Below are positions 47,125-56,081 of a stretch of 57,011 nucleotides of DNA, in pieces. The DNA lies in NCBI GenBank assembly GCA_016933745.1, contig JAFGAK010000166.1:1-57011 (forward strand). The letters are read 5' to 3'. This DNA comes from Bacteroidales bacterium (GTDB lineage Bacteria; Bacteroidota; Bacteroidia; Bacteroidales; UBA12170). Numbering within the stretch: the stretch's first letter is position 1; each line of letters begins with the position of its first letter. The position numbers were made by a program, and so were the translations under genes. Under the pieces are notes generated by a model. That model did no database searches. It worked only from the letters and a program-made list of their open reading frames with translations, and had not been told where the DNA came from.

Positions 47125-47732
47125 GTATTTTTTTTAAGATGAGAATATTTTGCGACTAATTTTTTTAAAAAATATTAGAAAGTAGATTCCTGCACAACAG
47201 GATTATTTGGTTTGCCGACTGAATATTATTCAAGTTAACTCATGTTTTATGCTTGTTGGAATAGAAAAGCTAAACGACTTAAAATTGATGTGGAATCCAT
47301 TGAAAAAGGAAGAAGTAGGAGCCTGCTTGATAATTCCATAGCTTTCTGAATCATGCCAAAGAAATTCTACTTGTGCTTTATAAGAAAAGGAGCTTATGTA
47401 ACTCGCATAGAAATGTGAGGTGATTTGTTTTTTATAACAGGATGTTTTATCGTTCTAATTGAAAATGGTAAGCGATTTTTATTTATGAGTCTTAGACGAG
47501 CTGCAACAATGCTTCATACCTCGAAAAACATCTAAATTTGTGCCAAGTTAATACAATAAATCTCTTAAAATAGGATAATCAGTTGTTAATCTGTAAAAAG
47601 ACAGCTGTTTTACATTCGATTTTTGAAAAAAGAAAAAATCATTTTATAACCCAATTTTGGTACTGGTTTAAATTTTTAGTTCACTATGAAATTGATAGAT
47701 TTGCGAACTATTATTCTTTTTGCTACTAAACC

Positions 47733-49013
47733 ATGAATTGGATTTTGTTTTTCTCGAGAGCGAATCGGTATTTAAGCTTTATTTTTGCTTTCTCCTTGTC
47801 TCTTTTTGTTAAAGCATTGCCAATTCTTATTGCTGTTTGGATCCTAAGTTTTGCAATGCAGCGTATTCTATCCAGAAAAATCCAACTTCGTATTACGCCG
47901 TCTCAGGGGATGAGTATAGGCTTGTATTTGCTTTACGTACTTGGCTTGTTCTGGTCTATCGATACGAAAGCTTTTTTATTTGCATTGGAAGTGAAACTCT
48001 CTCTGCTTGTGTTTCCTTTGATGATTGGCTACAATAGCGAATTTTTTAAAGAAAACAAGAATCATATTTTGCTGTTTTTTATACTTGGAATCATGGTGTC
48101 TTCCTTGGCATCTCTTTCATTATCTATTTGGAATTCTACTTTTTTCTTGGCCGATGGCCTTCATTTTCATACCATCGATCCTGAGTTTGCAAAATGGGCG
48201 TATGGAGGTAGCCGTTTCCGGTATTTGGGATTATCACATTTCCTTCATCCTACTTATTTCTCATTTTATGTTTTGTTTGCTTTTGTGAATAGTCTTGTCT
48301 TTTTAAAAAGACGAACATTTTCGCAGAAATATGTGTTAATCAGTTTAAAAGCTTCGATTCCTCTTTTTGTTTTAATGATTTATTTGCTTTCGTCTAAAGC
48401 TGTTTTAATAAGTGCTGTATTCATTTTTATGATGCTTTCTTTTCTATTATACCAGAGGTATACAAATAAATTGATCAAGGGATTTATTCTGATTTTTATT
48501 TTGAGTATCATCATCGGAACGCTAAATAACCCTCGTTTTAAATCCATTAAAAGAGCATTCAATCATCCGGAGCTATTAGCAGATACAAGTAAAGGGGATA
48601 GTTTTATTTCGCGTATTCATATTTGGAAAGCCGGGATAGAAGTAATTGAAGATCATTTTTTGTTTGGAGTAGGCCCCGGTGATACAAATAAAGCCTTGAT
48701 CGAAAAATATAAATATTATCATTACAAAGATCCCTTGTTTCTTAAATCAAATGCACATAATCAATATATCGAAACCTGGATCGATCTGGGTTTGGTTGGT
48801 TTTGTTGCTTTAGTGTTGGTTTTATTTATTCCTTTACTTATAGCTAAAAAAAGAAATATTTTGTTGATGGTTTTTCTGTTTATTATGGGTTTTAACTTTT
48901 TGTTTGAATCTATATTGAATACGCAAGCAGGAGTGGTGTTTTTCGGTTTTTTCTATAGTTTGCTCTCCATTGTAGATGTAAATGAGAACGAAGTACAATC
49001 GCTTCCTATTTGA
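47733..49013 (+). CDS. O-antigen ligase (WaaL/Wzy_C) family membrane protein
   Basis: Polytopic; HPTY, SRIHIWKAG, FGVGPG and NAHNQY motifs; TAGATTTG -7 box at 47696-47703. Confidence 0.85.
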   Translation: MNWILFFSRANRYLSFIFAFSLSLFVKALPILIAVWILSFAMQRILSRKIQLRITPSQGMSIGLYLLYVLGLFWSIDTKAFLFALEVKLSLLVFPLMIGYNSEFFKENKNHILLFFILGIMVSSLASLSLSIWNSTFFLADGLHFHTIDPEFAKWAYGGSRFRYLGLSHFLHPTYFSFYVLFAFVNSLVFLKRRTFSQKYVLISLKASIPLFVLMIYLLSSKAVLISAVFIFMMLSFLLYQRYTNKLIKGFILIFILSIIIGTLNNPRFKSIKRAFNHPELLADTSKGDSFISRIHIWKAGIEVIEDHFLFGVGPGDTNKALIEKYKYYHYKDPLFLKSNAHNQYIETWIDLGLVGFVALVLVLFIPLLIAKKRNILLMVFLFIMGFNFLFESILNTQAGVVFFGFFYSLLSIVDVNENEVQSLPI

Positions 49014-49175
49014 TCGTGTTCTTCCTTTTTCTTCAAAATAAATTTTAGATGATGATTTCAGTAAACATTAACGATATTCTTAAATCATTGTAAAATCCAA
49101 TTTTAAAGGATTGAAAAGCGCTCTAACTTCAGTAATTACTTTTTAATTGATACAAAGATTCAACTCATAAATCCA

Positions 49176-49726
49176 ATGCTCATTGATAGAAAAATTATTT
49201 TTGGGAGAAATTCACACAATACCACAATTAACAATGGCTACATGCACAATGGTTTGAGGGGAGAATTAAGTCGATTGTTAACATTGAAATTTTTTTATTT
49301 CAATCTGTTTTTTTTATTCTGTTTCTCAAGTTTGAAAGCACAAACTGAAAAAGGCATGCCTTTTGTAAAAAGCTATGGCCCGAAAGATAATAACGAAGAA
49401 CGTCAAAATTTTAATCTACTTACAGACCAACTTGAAACCGTTTTTATTGGCAAACTAAAGGTATTTCTTCTTATAATGGAAGTACTTGGGACAATAGAAA
49501 TACTTCAATTTGTTGGTCTTTAGCTGTCGACAAAAGAAATACGAATTTTGTAGGTTTGGCGAATTATTTTGGATACTTAGAACTCGATTTGAAAGGCAAA
49601 TTGAAATTTAGTTCGCTACGTTCACTTATGCCAGACAAGGATACCTTAATAGGAAATGTTGTTTGTACTTTTATCATAAAAGACACGGTTTATTTTTATT
49701 CAAATTGTAAGACGCCGCACTGTTGA
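49176..49726 (+). pseudogene. Frameshifted, truncated N-terminal beta-propeller of a Bacteroidota ligand-binding sensor (two-component/Y_Y_Y type)
   Basis: First frame reads KGMPFVKSYGPKDNNEERQNF...VFIG. After a 1-nt loss at ~49452 the homology continues TKGISSYNGSTW...WSLAVDK...FVGLANYFGYLELDLKGKLKFSSL...TVYFYS to a TGA at 49724-49726. True start uncertain. Confidence 0.75.
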
Positions 49727-49797
49727 ATTGAGTCAAATTATTAGCATAAATCTTAAAAACAACACGTAAAAATAGAATCTGAAAATACTAGAAAGAG

Positions 49798-49833
49798 AAA
49801 AGGGATTTAGCTTTAGCTTAAATCCCTTTTTTT
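49798..49833. terminator. Intrinsic terminator downstream of mnmE, bidirectional type
   Basis: AAAAGGGATTTAG...TAAATCCCTTTTTTT. Confidence 0.8.
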
Positions 49834-49837
49834 GTGC

Positions 49838-51238
49838 TTACTTTCCGATACAAAACTTGCCAAAAATATTCCCAAGCAACTCATTGTTAGTTACTTCACC
49901 TGTTATTTCGCCTAAATAGAACAAAGCGGTTCTTAAATCGATTGCAAGTAAATCAGTGGGCAAATCTTGTTGAATTCCTTCTTTTATGGAACCAATTGCT
50001 GTCGATACTTTTTGAAGTGCCCCTAAATGCCTTGCATTTGAAACAATCGTATTATCGCTTAAATCCAGATTTTTTACGGATTGAACTAGACTTTCTAAGA
50101 TGAGATTGATATTTTCATTGCGTTTGGCTGAAACAAAAATGGTTTCCAAATCGACGTATTGATTAAAAAATGGAGGCATTTCAATTAGTTCGTCAATTTT
50201 ATTTCCAACCAGTATAAATCGTTTGTTTTTGTCTTCTAAATGTTCTTTGAAATCTTCCAAAGTCGCCTGTAAATCCGCAGGAGTTGAGAGCGTCATATCG
50301 CAGACATAAAGGATAATTTTCGATTGTTTGATTTTTTCGTAGGTACGTTCAATACCAAGGTTTTCAATTTTATCGGAAGTAGAACGTAAGCCGGCAGTAT
50401 CAATAAATCGGAAAGCAAAACCTTCGATACTGATTGTGTCTTCGATGCTATCTCTAGTCGTTCCCGGAATTTCGGAAACAATGGCTTTTTCTTCTTGCAA
50501 TATGCGATTCAGGAGCGTGGATTTTCCAGCATTTGGTTTCCCAATGATAGCTACTGGAATACCATGTTTAAGCACATTGCCAAGAGCAAAAGAATCAATC
50601 AAAGTTTGCACTTCTTTTTGAATATCATTCAGAAGGAGCAGGAATTTGGTTCGATCGGCAAATTCCACATCTTCTTCGGAAAAATCTAATTCCAATTCAA
50701 TTAAAGAAGCCAAATCGACTAATTCTTTACGAAGGCTTTTAATTTTATTCGAAAATCCACCTCGCATTTGATCGAGTGCCAATTGGTGAGATGCACTTGA
50801 ATTGGAAGCAATCAAATCGGCCACTGCCTCCGCTTGACTCAAATCGAACTTGCCATTTAAAAAAGCACGTAAAGTAAATTCTCCAGCTTGAGCGAGTCGA
50901 GCGCCTTTTTTTACTAAAAGTTCAATTAATTTTTGTTGAATATAAATCGAACCGTGACAAGAAATTTCTACGCTATCTTCTCCGGTATAGCTGTGTGGAG
51001 ATCTAAAAACGCTTAAAAGTGACTCATCGAGCAATACATTTTCATCATAAATTTTCCCAAAAAGAATGGAATATCCTTCGGCTTCTGACACATTTGCCCC
51101 TTTCTTTGATGCCTTAAATAGGTCATCGCATATCGAGAAACTTTCTGGACCTGAAAGTCTTATTAGGGCAATGGCTCCGCTTCCTGCTGGAGTAGCTAGT
51201 GCGCAAATGGTGTCGTTATTGGCTAGATGTTGCAGCAT
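49838..51238 (-). CDS. mnmE: tRNA modification GTPase MnmE
   Basis: DTICALAT, GKPNAGKS, GTTRD and DTAG motifs; C-terminal FCIGK. A TACCTTTG -7 box at 51264-51271 favours the start at 51238. Confidence 0.97.
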   Translation of the reverse strand: MLQHLANNDTICALATPAGSGAIALIRLSGPESFSICDDLFKASKKGANVSEAEGYSILFGKIYDENVLLDESLLSVFRSPHSYTGEDSVEISCHGSIYIQQKLIELLVKKGARLAQAGEFTLRAFLNGKFDLSQAEAVADLIASNSSASHQLALDQMRGGFSNKIKSLRKELVDLASLIELELDFSEEDVEFADRTKFLLLLNDIQKEVQTLIDSFALGNVLKHGIPVAIIGKPNAGKSTLLNRILQEEKAIVSEIPGTTRDSIEDTISIEGFAFRFIDTAGLRSTSDKIENLGIERTYEKIKQSKIILYVCDMTLSTPADLQATLEDFKEHLEDKNKRFILVGNKIDELIEMPPFFNQYVDLETIFVSAKRNENINLILESLVQSVKNLDLSDNTIVSNARHLGALQKVSTAIGSIKEGIQQDLPTDLLAIDLRTALFYLGEITGEVTNNELLGNIFGKFCIGK

Positions 51239-51461
51239 GGGTTTCGAATATTTGTCTGGTAAACAAAGGTACATTTCCTTCCTACTTTTGTCAAAGAAAA
51301 AATAGCTTAAATGATAAATTACGCAATCGTTTGTACAAATTTATTTGGAATCGATATAAAATCTTGTTTTTAGTGGATTTCTATTCCTTGTTGTGGAAAA
51401 ACATTTTACCTTTGTTTTTCAAAATTAATACTTAGTTATAATACAAAAAACCTAAATAAAA

Positions 51462-52331
51462 ATGAGTATCCTAGTAAACAAAGACTCAAGAGTTATCGTG
51501 CAGGGATTTACGGGCGGTGAAGGTACCTTTCACGCAAGTCAAATGATTGAATATGGCACCAATGTAGTTGGTGGTGTAACTCCTGGTAAAGGAGGACAAG
51601 AGCATTTGGGAAAACCTGTTTTCAATACAGTGCAAGACGCAGTTGTTAAAGCCCAAGCGAATGTTTCTGTTATTTTTGTTCCGCCTGCATTTGCAGCCGA
51701 TGCAATTATGGAAGCTGCCGATGCAGGAATTAAAGTTATAATTTGTATTACTGAAGGTATTCCAACTAGCGATATGGTTCGTGTAAAAGAATATTTAAGT
51801 GATAAAGATAGCCGTTTAGTTGGTCCTAATTGCCCAGGTGTAATTACGCCAGGTGAAGCCAAAGTAGGAATCATGCCGGGATTTATTCATATGCCTGGTC
51901 GTGTTGGAATTGTTTCTCGTTCTGGAACCTTAACTTACGAAGCTGTTGATCAACTTACCAAAGTAGGATTAGGCCAAACTACTGCTATTGGTATTGGTGG
52001 AGATCCTATCATTGGTACAACTACGAAAGAAGCTGTTGAAATGTTTATGAATGATCCAGCTACTGAAGGAATTGTAATGATTGGCGAAATTGGTGGTGGT
52101 ATGGAAGCTGAAGCTGCTGAATATGTTCGCACGCATGGTACCAAACCTGTTGTTGGATTTATTGCCGGTGCAACAGCTCCTAAAGGTCGCACTATGGGCC
52201 ATGCAGGTGCTATCATTGGTGGCAAAGCCGATACAGCCGAAGCCAAAAAAGAAATCATGAGAGATTGTGGAATTCACGTTGTGGATTCTCCTGCAGAAAT
52301 AGGTCGGAAAATGCTTGAACTTTTAGGTTAG
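51462..52331 (+). CDS. sucD: Succinyl-CoA synthetase alpha subunit
   Basis: [20 protein letters not shown] and MGHAGA motifs; TACCTTTG -7 box at 51407-51414. Confidence 0.97.
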   Translation: MSILVNKDSRVIVQGFTGGEGTFHASQMIEYGTNVVGGVTPGKGGQEHLGKPVFNTVQDAVVKAQANVSVIFVPPAFAADAIMEAADAGIKVIICITEGIPTSDMVRVKEYLSDKDSRLVGPNCPGVITPGEAKVGIMPGFIHMPGRVGIVSRSGTLTYEAVDQLTKVGLGQTTAIGIGGDPIIGTTTKEAVEMFMNDPATEGIVMIGEIGGGMEAEAAEYVRTHGTKPVVGFIAGATAPKGRTMGHAGAIIGGKADTAEAKKEIMRDCGIHVVDSPAEIGRKMLELLG

Positions 52332-52346
52332 AGTAAATTTAACCAC

Positions 52347-52383
52347 AAAAAAAGCCTGAATTCATTCGAGCTCAGGCTTTTTT
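52347..52383. terminator. Bidirectional intrinsic terminator
   Basis: AAAAAAAGCCTGAATTC-attc-GAGCTCAGGCTTTTTT between convergent genes. Confidence 0.85.
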
Positions 52384-52398
52384 ATTTATATAAGTTTT

Positions 52399-52653
52399 CT
52401 ATTTTTTAGCTTTCGCTTCTTCCTGCATTTTCTTAATCTGACTGGCAATTCCATGATGCTCTTCGTAGTTTTCGCAAACATAACCCGGATTTTCATCGCA
52501 GGTGCAACCTAGTTTTGTTCCATCCGGTACTGCAATTTCTGAACTACAGGTTTTGGTAAAAATCCCATCTTTGAATATAAACATTTTGATTCCAATAAGT
52601 GCAAATGCAGCTGCTAATAATCCGGTTGAAAGTAATATAAGTTTAAAAATCAT
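52399..52653 (-). CDS. Small single-TM protein with four Cys (NqrM/DUF539-like architecture)
   Basis: N-terminal TM, then TCSS...GCTCD...VCE; own TATTTTTG box at 52673-52680. Confidence 0.6.
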   Translation of the reverse strand: MIFKLILLSTGLLAAAFALIGIKMFIFKDGIFTKTCSSEIAVPDGTKLGCTCDENPGYVCENYEEHHGIASQIKKMQEEAKAKK

Positions 52654-52723
52654 GTTGTTTTGAATTGGATTACAAAAATAAAAAAAAGCGATGTGCTGAG
52701 ATTGAAAATAATATTTTTAACAT

Positions 52724-53470
52724 TTAATTTTCAGTTCTCCTGAACTCAGAACAAACAATAGCTGTGGCTACAGAAGCGTTCAAAGATTCAATATCAGAAT
52801 CAGATAAAGAAGGAATGTAAAGTGGATTGCTTATGCAATGTTTTATCGGTTCCGAAATTCCTTTCGATTCGTTGCCAATGACGATATATGCTGCGTTTTG
52901 TAAGCTTTGCTGATAGATATTTTCTCCTTTCAATAGCGTGCCGTAAACGGGAATTTTGGCGTTGGAGAGGATAGGGTAGAGTTGGGTATAATTGCACTTT
53001 ACACGAAAAACAGAACCCATGGTAGCTTGCACAACTTTGGGGTTAAAGCAATCTACTGTATCCGGAGAGCAAATCACTTCGTGTATACCAAACCAATCTG
53101 CAGTTCGGAGAATGGTTCCTAGATTTCCTGGATCTTGCAATCCATCTAGAACCAAATATAAGGTGTTTTCTTTTGGACTAAATTCTGTTTCGAAGGGTAA
53201 ATCTACTACAGCTATGACTTCATTGGCTGAGCTAAAATTGCTGAGCTTTTGTAATTCTCTTTCCGAAATTTCTTTGACACTGCTGGTTAGTTTCGTTTTA
53301 TTATTCGCTATCCACGATGCGGTGGCTGCAATAAACTGAATATTGTATTCTGGATAGTGTAACAATTCTTCCACCATTTTTATACCTTCAACCAAAAAAA
53401 GGCCTGCTTTTTTTCTGCCTCTGGTGGTTTTTAATGCGTTAATGAGTTTTATTTCGTTTTGAGTAAGCAT
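52724..53470 (-). CDS. TrmH/SpoU family RNA methyltransferase
   Basis: LDGLQDPGNLGTILRTADWFG, GNESKGI and ESLNASVA motifs. Confidence 0.93.
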   Translation of the reverse strand: MLTQNEIKLINALKTTRGRKKAGLFLVEGIKMVEELLHYPEYNIQFIAATASWIANNKTKLTSSVKEISERELQKLSNFSSANEVIAVVDLPFETEFSPKENTLYLVLDGLQDPGNLGTILRTADWFGIHEVICSPDTVDCFNPKVVQATMGSVFRVKCNYTQLYPILSNAKIPVYGTLLKGENIYQQSLQNAAYIVIGNESKGISEPIKHCISNPLYIPSLSDSDIESLNASVATAIVCSEFRRTEN

Positions 53471-53510
53471 ATTTTTTCTTCTAAATTACAAAAGCTTTTT
53501 GGAATGAGAT

Positions 53511-53542
53511 AAAAAAATCCCGAACCTGAAAGGAACGGGATT
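53511..53542 (-). terminator. Terminator after rplI
   Basis: AAAAAAATCCCG...CGGGATT. Confidence 0.7.
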
Positions 53543-53562
53543 GTATTGTTTTGCTTAACAAA

Positions 53563-54015
53563 TTAATCTTCAGCAACAACTTCGAAAGTAAATTCTGCAA
53601 CGATGTCTTTGTAAAGTTTCGCGGTAGCTTTGTAAGTACCAACTTCTTTAATAGTCTCGCCTTGAATAGTAATTTTCTTGCGATCAACATCGTAGTTATG
53701 TTGTTCTTTGATGGCATCGGCAATTTGAATGGCATTTACAGAACCGTAAATTTTACCAGAAGTAGCTGCTTTAGCATTGATTTTAACAGTAATGCCTGTT
53801 AATAATTTAGCTTCCGCTTCCGCTTCGTTTCTGATTTTTTGAATTTTGAATGCACGTTGCTTAAGAACTTCTTTAAGAATTTTCTTGTTTGTATCGTTTG
53901 CTGCAATTGCAAAGCCTTGAGGGATTAAGTAATTACGCGCATAACCGCTTTTTACTTCTACTGTATCATCTGTGTATCCTAAATTAGGAACATCTTTCTT
54001 TAATATAATTTGCAT
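53563..54015 (-). CDS. rplI: 50S ribosomal protein L9
   Basis: VKSGYARNYLIPQG and KIYGSV motifs. Confidence 0.98.
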   Translation of the reverse strand: MQIILKKDVPNLGYTDDTVEVKSGYARNYLIPQGFAIAANDTNKKILKEVLKQRAFKIQKIRNEAEAEAKLLTGITVKINAKAATSGKIYGSVNAIQIADAIKEQHNYDVDRKKITIQGETIKEVGTYKATAKLYKDIVAEFTFEVVAED

Positions 54016-54029
54016 CGATTGGCCTCCTT

Positions 54030-54296
54030 TTATTTTAGTAAATCGCCAACATATGGCATTAATGCGATATGACGAGCTCTCTTCACAGCTTGTGCAACTT
54101 TTTTCTGATATTTAGTTGAAGTACCTGTTAAACGACGTGGTAATAATTTACCTTGTTCGTTTACAAATTTTAGCAAGAAACTAGCGTCTTTGTAATCAAT
54201 GTATTTGATGCCGCTTTTTTTGAATCGGCAATATTTTTTCTTTTTAGTATCAACCGCAATAGGGGTTAGATATTTAATGTCTGAATTTTGAGCCAT
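54030..54296 (-). CDS. rpsR: 30S ribosomal protein S18
   Basis: [15 protein letters not shown] and AVKRAR motifs. Confidence 0.98.
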   Translation of the reverse strand: MAQNSDIKYLTPIAVDTKKKKYCRFKKSGIKYIDYKDASFLLKFVNEQGKLLPRRLTGTSTKYQKKVAQAVKRARHIALMPYVGDLLK

Positions 54297-54320
54297 TTTT
54301 AAAAGTTTTTAGGTTCTTAA

Positions 54321-54674
54321 TTATGCATTCGCAGTTGTTTCATCTTGTTTTCTAGCTCTTTTCTTTTCGTTGTAAGCAATTGCATGCTTATCTAAAGCTA
54401 CTGTCAAGAATCGAAGAATACGTTCGTCGCGTTTAAAAGCGATTTCGAAGTTGCGAACATGCTCGCCTTCCATACGGAATTCTAAAAGTTGATAAAATCC
54501 GGTTGATTTTTTTTGAATTGGATAGGCAAGTTTTTTCAAACCCCATTCCTCTTCGTGCACTAACTCAGCACCATATTCTTTTAAAAGATCACGATACTTG
54601 CTTACCGCTTCCTTCATCTGTTCTACAGATAAAACGGGAGTCATAATGAAAACGGTTTCGTACTGTTTTACCAT
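54321..54674 (-). CDS. rpsF: 30S ribosomal protein S6
   Basis: YETVFI and [10 protein letters not shown] motifs; TATCTTTG -7 box at 54748-54755. Confidence 0.98.
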   Translation of the reverse strand: MVKQYETVFIMTPVLSVEQMKEAVSKYRDLLKEYGAELVHEEEWGLKKLAYPIQKKSTGFYQLLEFRMEGEHVRNFEIAFKRDERILRFLTVALDKHAIAYNEKKRARKQDETTANA

Positions 54675-54855
54675 TGTTAAAAAAATTTATTTATTAATAA
54701 TTAATTGATCTACAGACAAATACATTCTTTACCTGTCAATAGGGCGGCAAAGATAGAAAGAATTACGCTAACATCAAATATTTAGGCTTATAATTTCTTT
54801 GATTAGAGTGTTTTAGATTGAATCTGCGTTCATGAGATTTGATGTCTTCTTGAAT

Positions 54856-55554
54856 TTAGCTAAGTATGTTTTCATCTGCAAAACTAAAAAAGCCTTCGTT
54901 GCCAAAAATCAAGTGGTCTAAAACCGAAATATCGAGTGTTTTTCCGGCTAGAAAAATCTTTTTGGTGAGTTGTTTATCTTGCTCGCTGGGTTTTAAGTTC
55001 CCCGATGGATGATTATGACATAAGATAATGGAACTTGCTTGAGCATCCAAAGCCAGTTTAAAAATCTTTTTCGGATCGGCTACTGTGCCTGCTATGCCGC
55101 CTTCGCTAATCCGTTTTTTACTTATGACTTGATTGTTTCTTTTTAATAAGATAATCCAAAATTCCTCAAAAGATTGATCGGCTAAATCGGCATACATCAG
55201 CTCAAAAACATCCTTGCTGCTTCGAATGGTTTTCTGCTCCAACACTTCACTCGAGCGTCGTCGTCGGCCCAATTCCAATGCTGCCAGAATGGTAATTGCT
55301 TTGGCTTCGCCGATGCCTTTGAATTTCATTAACTCTTCGAGGCTCAATCCCGACAAAGCATTCAGGTTGTTTTGATTTGCAGCTAAGATTGTTTGAGCTA
55401 ACTCAACGGCTGTTTGATCGCGGTTTCCTGAACCAATCAAAATGGCTAAAATTTCGGCATTACTTAAGCTCGATTTTCCTTTTAAAATAAGCTTTTCTCG
55501 TGGTCTGTCTTCTTCAGCCCACTGTTTAATGGATTTTCCGGAAGTGTAATTCAT
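54856..55554 (-). CDS. radC: RadC family JAB-domain protein
   Basis: DRPREKL, KGIGEAKA, HNHPSG and LDHLI motifs. Confidence 0.96.
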   Translation of the reverse strand: MNYTSGKSIKQWAEEDRPREKLILKGKSSLSNAEILAILIGSGNRDQTAVELAQTILAANQNNLNALSGLSLEELMKFKGIGEAKAITILAALELGRRRRSSEVLEQKTIRSSKDVFELMYADLADQSFEEFWIILLKRNNQVISKKRISEGGIAGTVADPKKIFKLALDAQASSIILCHNHPSGNLKPSEQDKQLTKKIFLAGKTLDISVLDHLIFGNEGFFSFADENILS

Positions 55555-55637
55555 GCGTCTATTTTTAACGGGGAGTTAAATTCTGATGAACAGATCGAAA
55601 TCAGTTTCTCAAAGATAAGCAATGAATTGATAAAAAC

Positions 55638-55670
55638 AAAAAAGCCACCTGTTGTTAAACAGATGGCTTT
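55638..55670 (-). terminator. Terminator after rpsT
   Basis: AAAAAAGCCACCTGTT...AACAGATGGCTTT. Confidence 0.8.
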
Positions 55671-55689
55671 GAAAAATATTTTTCTTCGA

Positions 55690-55944
55690 TTAAGCTAATT
55701 TGTTGATATGCTTAGTCAATTTCGACTTAAGGTTACCAGCTTTATTTTTATGAATAATCGAACGTTTAGCATTTTTGTCGATTAAAGACAAAACGGTAGG
55801 TAATTTCTGATCCGCTTCAGTTTTGTCGGTCATGCTTCTTAGCTGTCTGATAGCGTTACGCATAGTCCGAGCGAAATATCTGTTTCTTAATCTGTGTGTT
55901 TCAGCTTGTCTGATTCTCTTAATTGCCGATTTATGATTCGCCAT
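55690..55944 (-). CDS. rpsT: 30S ribosomal protein S20
   Basis: [13 protein letters not shown] and [12 protein letters not shown] motifs. Confidence 0.98.
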   Translation of the reverse strand: MANHKSAIKRIRQAETHRLRNRYFARTMRNAIRQLRSMTDKTEADQKLPTVLSLIDKNAKRSIIHKNKAGNLKSKLTKHINKLA

Positions 55945-56081
55945 GCTTTATCTTTTTATTAAATTCGATTTCTATCCTGTATTTTGGGCTGCAAAAATAA
56001 TACAAAATTGCGAATTAGCAAACAATGATTACTTTTTTATGTTGATTTTTATTGGATAGTTGATAAATAACTCGTTTTGCT

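Noticed and set aside
49934-49946. Operator-like TAAATCGATTGCA inside mnmE (similar partial match in uxaC near 11122)
   Set aside because: Intragenic, with no adjacent -7 box; explained by Ile-Asp codons (ATC GAT).
51462-52331. sucD without adjacent sucC
   Set aside because: Separation of sucC and sucD is common in Bacteroidota; not remarkable.
54856-55554. radC as a sign of a mobile element
   Set aside because: It is the full-length chromosomal type with the HhH region, among ribosomal protein genes.
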